The position numbers and the translations under genes are program-made. Under the pieces are notes generated by a model, which worked only from the letters and a program-made list of their open reading frames with translations, was not told the origin of the DNA and made no database searches. A stretch of DNA of 64,000 nt from Stylophora pistillata. Taxonomy: Eukaryota. The stretch lies in the NCBI RefSeq assembly GCF_002571385.2, contig NW_019218757.1, forward strand, positions 2,786 through 66,785, in the 5' to 3' direction. Shown piece after piece: positions 59,460-64,000 of the stretch (the first letter of the stretch is position 1; the number at the start of each line of letters is the position of its first letter).

Positions 59460-60330
59460 GTTTCGAGCGTTAGCCCTTCGTTAGGGCGAATGGAGGAATT
59501 GTGGATTGTATGTGGGTTTATATGCAGAAAGCAGAGCTACGCCATTGTAGCTTCGTGGCGAGAACCAGCTTTGTGGCCGGCGCCATTTTAGAAGGTTTGG
59601 CGCTTGACTTCGTTTGAGAAGGAGCAGAGTCGATTTGAGGCCGGCTTTGATCCTGAGCTATTGACAAAAATGGTAAATTTCCATTCATAGGCAGTTTGGG
59701 AACAATTACGAAGAGACGAGCAGCGATTTGGCTGACCAGGAGACATATTATCACGGAACCAGAAAAACGTGACCAGCCCGCCATTATGCATTAGGAAGTT
59801 GTGCAGAGAGTTAATTGTATGGCTTGTGCAACAAGAGCGCGAGTGCAATGGCTGGTTAGAGAAACAATTCTGGCACAAGAACTTTTGGAAATGTGAATCA
59901 TTTGATAAAGGCACAAAGATCATTTTTAATTAAGCTCGCCCAAGACAGCGCGAAAGAGCATGTTTTCGAAGTGTTTTCAAAGGTCTCTGCTCGAATGACA
60001 CCGACGGGATAGTTTTTTTAATTTTTAATGTTAATGAAGTCACAAAAAGAGTTTATTATCCAGCTCAAGCGTGAATAGCGCGAAGAAGCGTTTTTTTCAA
60101 AAAGGCTCGAATAAATCGAAAAAAATTATACGATAGTTTTGTTTTAATTTTTTATGTTAATGAAGTCACAAAAAGAGTTTATTATCCAGCTCAGGCGTGG
60201 ATAGCGCGAAGAAGCGTTTTTTTAAATAAGGCTCGAATAAATCGAAAAAAATTATTTGCAGGTAGGACAAAAGCGCAAGAGCTATTCGAATTTTTAATGC
60301 TACTTAATCAAGTCGCAGCCAGAGTGTTAT
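59460..60330 (-). mobile_element. Longer family A element: degenerate HHR, 111-aa Cys/His-rich ORF (59588-59923) and internal tandem duplication
   Basis: The HHR-type segment GTTTCGAGCGTTAGCCCTTCG (59460-59480) matches the 40081-40104 copy. Direct repeats of ~123 bp at 60008-60129 and 60132-60255. Confidence 0.5.
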
Positions 60331-61130
60331 TTTGTCCTGAACGAGAAAAGCACCAAATAAAAGCTTTTCTTCAATGAAGAACAAGTAAAGACGTGTATTA
60401 TGTGATTAGGGTGAAAGTGCGTGAAGTTTTGAATTGTGAACTAGTTGTTGAATGTTTACTTCAGCTTTTATCTTGAACTGATATAACGCGAAAGTGCCTG
60501 ACTTCAAAATTTCTAAACTATAGTAAATTTTAACCCCTTCCCTTCTGTGCCTACATAAATTTTCCCTCCGTTACCTGGTAAGTAATCAGTTGCTGCAAGC
60601 AAAAACTTTCCTACCCCTCCACCGAAACAGATTATATTTGTCATTTGAGCCATTACCGATCATTTCAAATTTCGCACTGAAGTATTCGGCTTAGGATCGA
60701 TGCTTCAACGGCTTTTGTGTTCTTAACAAAAGAGTATAATCCCCTGAAACAAAGAAAATATCCATACATTGGTGCGTTTTTGCAAGGAGAACTCGCAAAA
60801 AGGATGTTCAAGATTGTGGCCGTCGGTCGGGTTAGCCTCATCATAAATGATGTAATATGTACACTAACCTATTAAGAAACAGAGAAGAAAAAGTATAAGA
60901 AAGATGGTAAGTTTTGAGCTCGGTTAAAAAATAAATATGTATCTGTGGCTCAGAGGCAGGGTATCAAAACGAGAAATCAGAATGTACGAGGCTCGATTCC
61001 ACAAAATTGTTATCTTCGTCACACACTCGTGACAAGATAAAAGAGAAAACATCTTCTCAAAAAAGATGTTTTAAACTTTCACGTTTCCAACTCAAGACGT
61101 CATTTCTCATCATCATCCTTATTTCGGCAG

Positions 61131-61292
61131 GGTAAGACGTTTATTGGTGTACACTGTGATTCAAATGACGCAAAAATTGTGCAATTATCAAGCCCCAACT
61201 CAGGTGTCTACAAGTGCCAATGCGAAGGTACCACATCAAGTGGAGTATCAAAGATATATTGCTACATCCACTACTGGGAGTGTCAGTCTTAG
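61131..61292 (+). CDS. Isolated terminal exon encoding a Cys-rich C-terminal module (GKTFIGVHCDSNDAK...YKCQCEG...YCYIHYWECQS*)
   Basis: Pyrimidine-rich acceptor ...ATTTCGGCAG, 53 codons with 5 Cys, a stop, and AATAAA at 61434. Resembles C-termini of cnidarian short collagen-like secreted proteins (from memory, unverified). Confidence 0.6.
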   Translation, partial: GKTFIGVHCDSNDAKIVQLSSPNSGVYKCQCEGTTSSGVSKIYCYIHYWECQS

Positions 61293-63505
61293 GAGGGAAA
61301 ATGTAAAGCCATTCGTGTAGTGGGAATCTTTATGAAGAAGTTAGTAGTGTTGAACCAGAAAGGAGATGAAGAACGATTTAGCCGTCGAACATAAAGTCTA
61401 GGCAAGTAAATAATTGCATCAATTCACATTTGTAATAAATATTTGTTAAAGGAGAGTCAAAGCCGTATTTCTGTATACACTAATGGAACCTAAAACTATT
61501 CGCTTGACATAATTCTGTGCGTCAGAGATAAAAAGGCGTTTTATACTGTTTCACTTTTTTTTCACGGCATTATTTTAAACTGTGCCCTCGATGCATAACT
61601 ATTGCTTCCAGAGTCTTTTGTAGTCGGAGTGACATCCGTCTTTATAGTTTTGTTCTTGCATTAGTCCAACTAGGAATTAATCGGATATATTCAAATAATA
61701 ATTGCAGTGGAAATGGTCAAAGATGCTGATTTAAGCATTACGGTTCGAGCGAGATGCGACCGTAGCAGGAGAAAGAACAAGAAATCTCATTCATTGTCAG
61801 TTGTTTTTAAGCGCTCGTCGACAGTTGAAATAGTGAGAAATGATTGCAGTTTTGTGTATTGCCGACAGGAATTTCATTGCGAGAGAATTTACTTTGACAG
61901 TCAGGTTTTTACAGAAATGCAAGAAAAACTGCACCTTTATTATTTTAACTATCACCTTCCATCGTGTATCCAATAAAAAAGTACTTTATTACAAAAATAT
62001 TCATTTTTCAATTGACATATGCATGGTTCAGTTGGGCAACCTGTTGAATATAACAACACAAGAAAGCAAAAGCTTTCATAATTTAACATTTTATTAAATT
62101 GTAATGTTTAAAGGCAACAAAAACCAAGTGAATTGAATTAGCTGCTTTCCCTAACATTATGTCAACTACATGAACCAGGAGTTAGGCTGGGTTAAACAGA
62201 AAATTGTATTATATTTCAATCATATATGGGTATCTAACAAAGAGAACAACCTCTTTTGCTCTTGCTGACACTGTGAAAGTATCCCAATAAATCTCATTTT
62301 GAATTTTAAAATCACTGTTTATGATCGGTTATAAAATAAGGGTCCTTGAAAATTAGTTATTAGACAAGCTACTGTCCACATTTGGTNNNNNNNNNNNNNN
62401 NNNNNNNNNNNNNNNNNNNNNNNNNNNNNNNNNNNNNNNNNNNNNNNNNNNNNNNNNNNNNNNNNNNNNNNNNNNNNNNNNNNNNNNNNNNNNNNNNNNN
62501 NNNNNNNNNNNNNNNNNNNNNNNNNNNNNNNNNNNNNNNNNNNNNNNNNNNNNNNNNNNNNNNNNNNNNNNNNNNNNNNNNNNNNNNNNNNNNNNNNNNN
62601 NNNNNNNNNNNNNNNNNNNNNNNNNNNNNNNNNNNNNNNNNNNNNNNNNNNNNNNNNNNNNNNNNNNNNNNNNNNNNNNNNNNNNNNNNNNNNNNNNNNN
62701 NNNNNNNNNNNNNNNNNNNNNNNNNNNNNNNNNNNNNNNNNNNNNNNNNNNNNNNNNNNTGTGTTATAATCAATGTTATTATTTATTGTTATTGTCATCA
62801 CTATTTTGATACTTTTAAAAATAGTTATAAGTTATATACTGTGAAAACTCCTGGTATAGTTTTAACTGTTTTAGGAGTAAACCTATTAAAGCATTAAAGC
62901 AAAAGTACTTATGAGGAATTTGAAGGATGAGAGGCCAGAGTGGAATCTAACAGTGACGTTTGTCTAGCATTTCTTGCAGTTGTTTACAGAATGACTGTTT
63001 CCCTAAAATTTGTAAACAAACGATGTAAACAAAATCAAAATCAAATTGTTTTACCTCGAATGTTTTCCCTTCTCCCAACCTAATATTTATAATCCATCGA
63101 CGCTTTAAGGCTTTTTCTTTTGGAAATTGATGAAAAGAAATGATAACTGCTGCTTTGATCTATTATTTTGGCACAAAGGCACACAACAATTATCTCGGTT
63201 CGGCATGATTGCAAAGGTGACCTTACCACTCGTGACCTCGCTTTCATGTTCATTTAGGTAATGAATAATTCAAGAGGGCGGCTCTGTGATGCATGTGGTT
63301 ACTGGCAGAGCACAATTTTTATAGCATTGAAAGGAACTAGAGATTGCATAATGACGCTAGAAGGCAGTGTTGCCGATCATTTGTCTCACAACCAAAACAG
63401 AAAACCTGCCGAACCCTGTTCCAAAACAGAAAGATGATTCAAGAATATGTCTTCTAATTGACATTCAAACAATGATTAAATGGTTCCACGCTTGAGGATA
63501 TTCCG

Positions 63506-63622
63506 TCATTCCGCCGAACTCCTGTTCCTCCGTGCCCTCCGTGCCCTCCGTGTCGTCTCTCGCAGCTTTGCTTGTTTTGCAAAAGCTTTCATGATGTGCA
63601 TATCACATCTATTGAGATATTG
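63506..63622 (-). CDS. Candidate terminal exon of a minus-strand gene extending beyond the window (QYLNRCDMHIMKAFAKQAKLRETTRRARRARRNRSSAE*)
   Basis: Acceptor ACTTTTCCTTATAG. Phase 0 gives the longest open frame. No homology recognised. Confidence 0.3.
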   Translation of the reverse strand, partial: QYLNRCDMHIMKAFAKQAKLRETTRRARRARRNRSSAE

Positions 63623-64000
63623 CTATAAGGAAAAGTTTTTATTTAAATTTTCCGTCAATGGATGCCACTGTGAAATTACTTTTGAGGTGTTTATCGTCAT
63701 TTTTTGTGTCACGGTAAAAACTGGAAAGATACTTTTCTATCGGAGCTTCATAATTTGCTGATTTCAAATGCTATCTCTTCAAAGAAAAAAATTTCCTTTA
63801 AGTTTTATGATGCGTTCATCACCACCCTTTAAGTAAATACCACATGCACGGATAGGTGTGCAACAGGAAAAATCGAAATGTCCCAAACTTTGTCACACTA
63901 ATGCCCCTAGAAAACACAAGAATCAGTTTCTTGTAATTGATATTTTCCAAAAATATAATTTTTTTGGAATTTTCACCCCCGAGAGGCTCTAAACTACCGA

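Overview
Eukaryotic, AT-rich, intron-rich genomic scaffold with several N gaps. Gene content and repeat types suggest a cnidarian, probably a scleractinian coral (inference). Hand-built spliced models, left to right: (1) a Notch-ligand-like type I membrane gene (+) whose MNNL/C2 exon is interrupted by a hAT transposon; (2) a 3-exon, 60-aa STMP1-like mitochondrial microprotein (-), absent from the ORF track, head-to-head (146 bp between ATGs) with (3) an 8-exon MRPL38 (+); (4) an intronless WD40 + SOCS-box gene (WSB-like, -); (5) a 3-exon MEA1 (-) with a GC-AG intron; (6) a 40-exon, about 1609-aa cadherin (+) with 11 EC repeats, a membrane-adjacent domain, TM and cytoplasmic tail, resembling the CDH23/PCDH15 tip-link family; (7) a 798-aa single-exon orphan ORF; (8) isolated candidate terminal exons near the right end. 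Mobile DNA includes hAT, Kolobok-like, piggyBac-like and other MITEs, a tRNA-SINE, an L2/CR1 RT fragment and an RLE-type (R4/Dong/NeSL-like) LINE remnant. The main non-gene signal is at least four sequence families of type I hammerhead-ribozyme (HHR) motifs, as in Penelope-like elements and retrozymes. One copy is a circularly permuted monomer of about 241 nt whose missing HHR core is present in a second copy inside a cadherin intron. All family assignments come from motif recognition; no database search was run.
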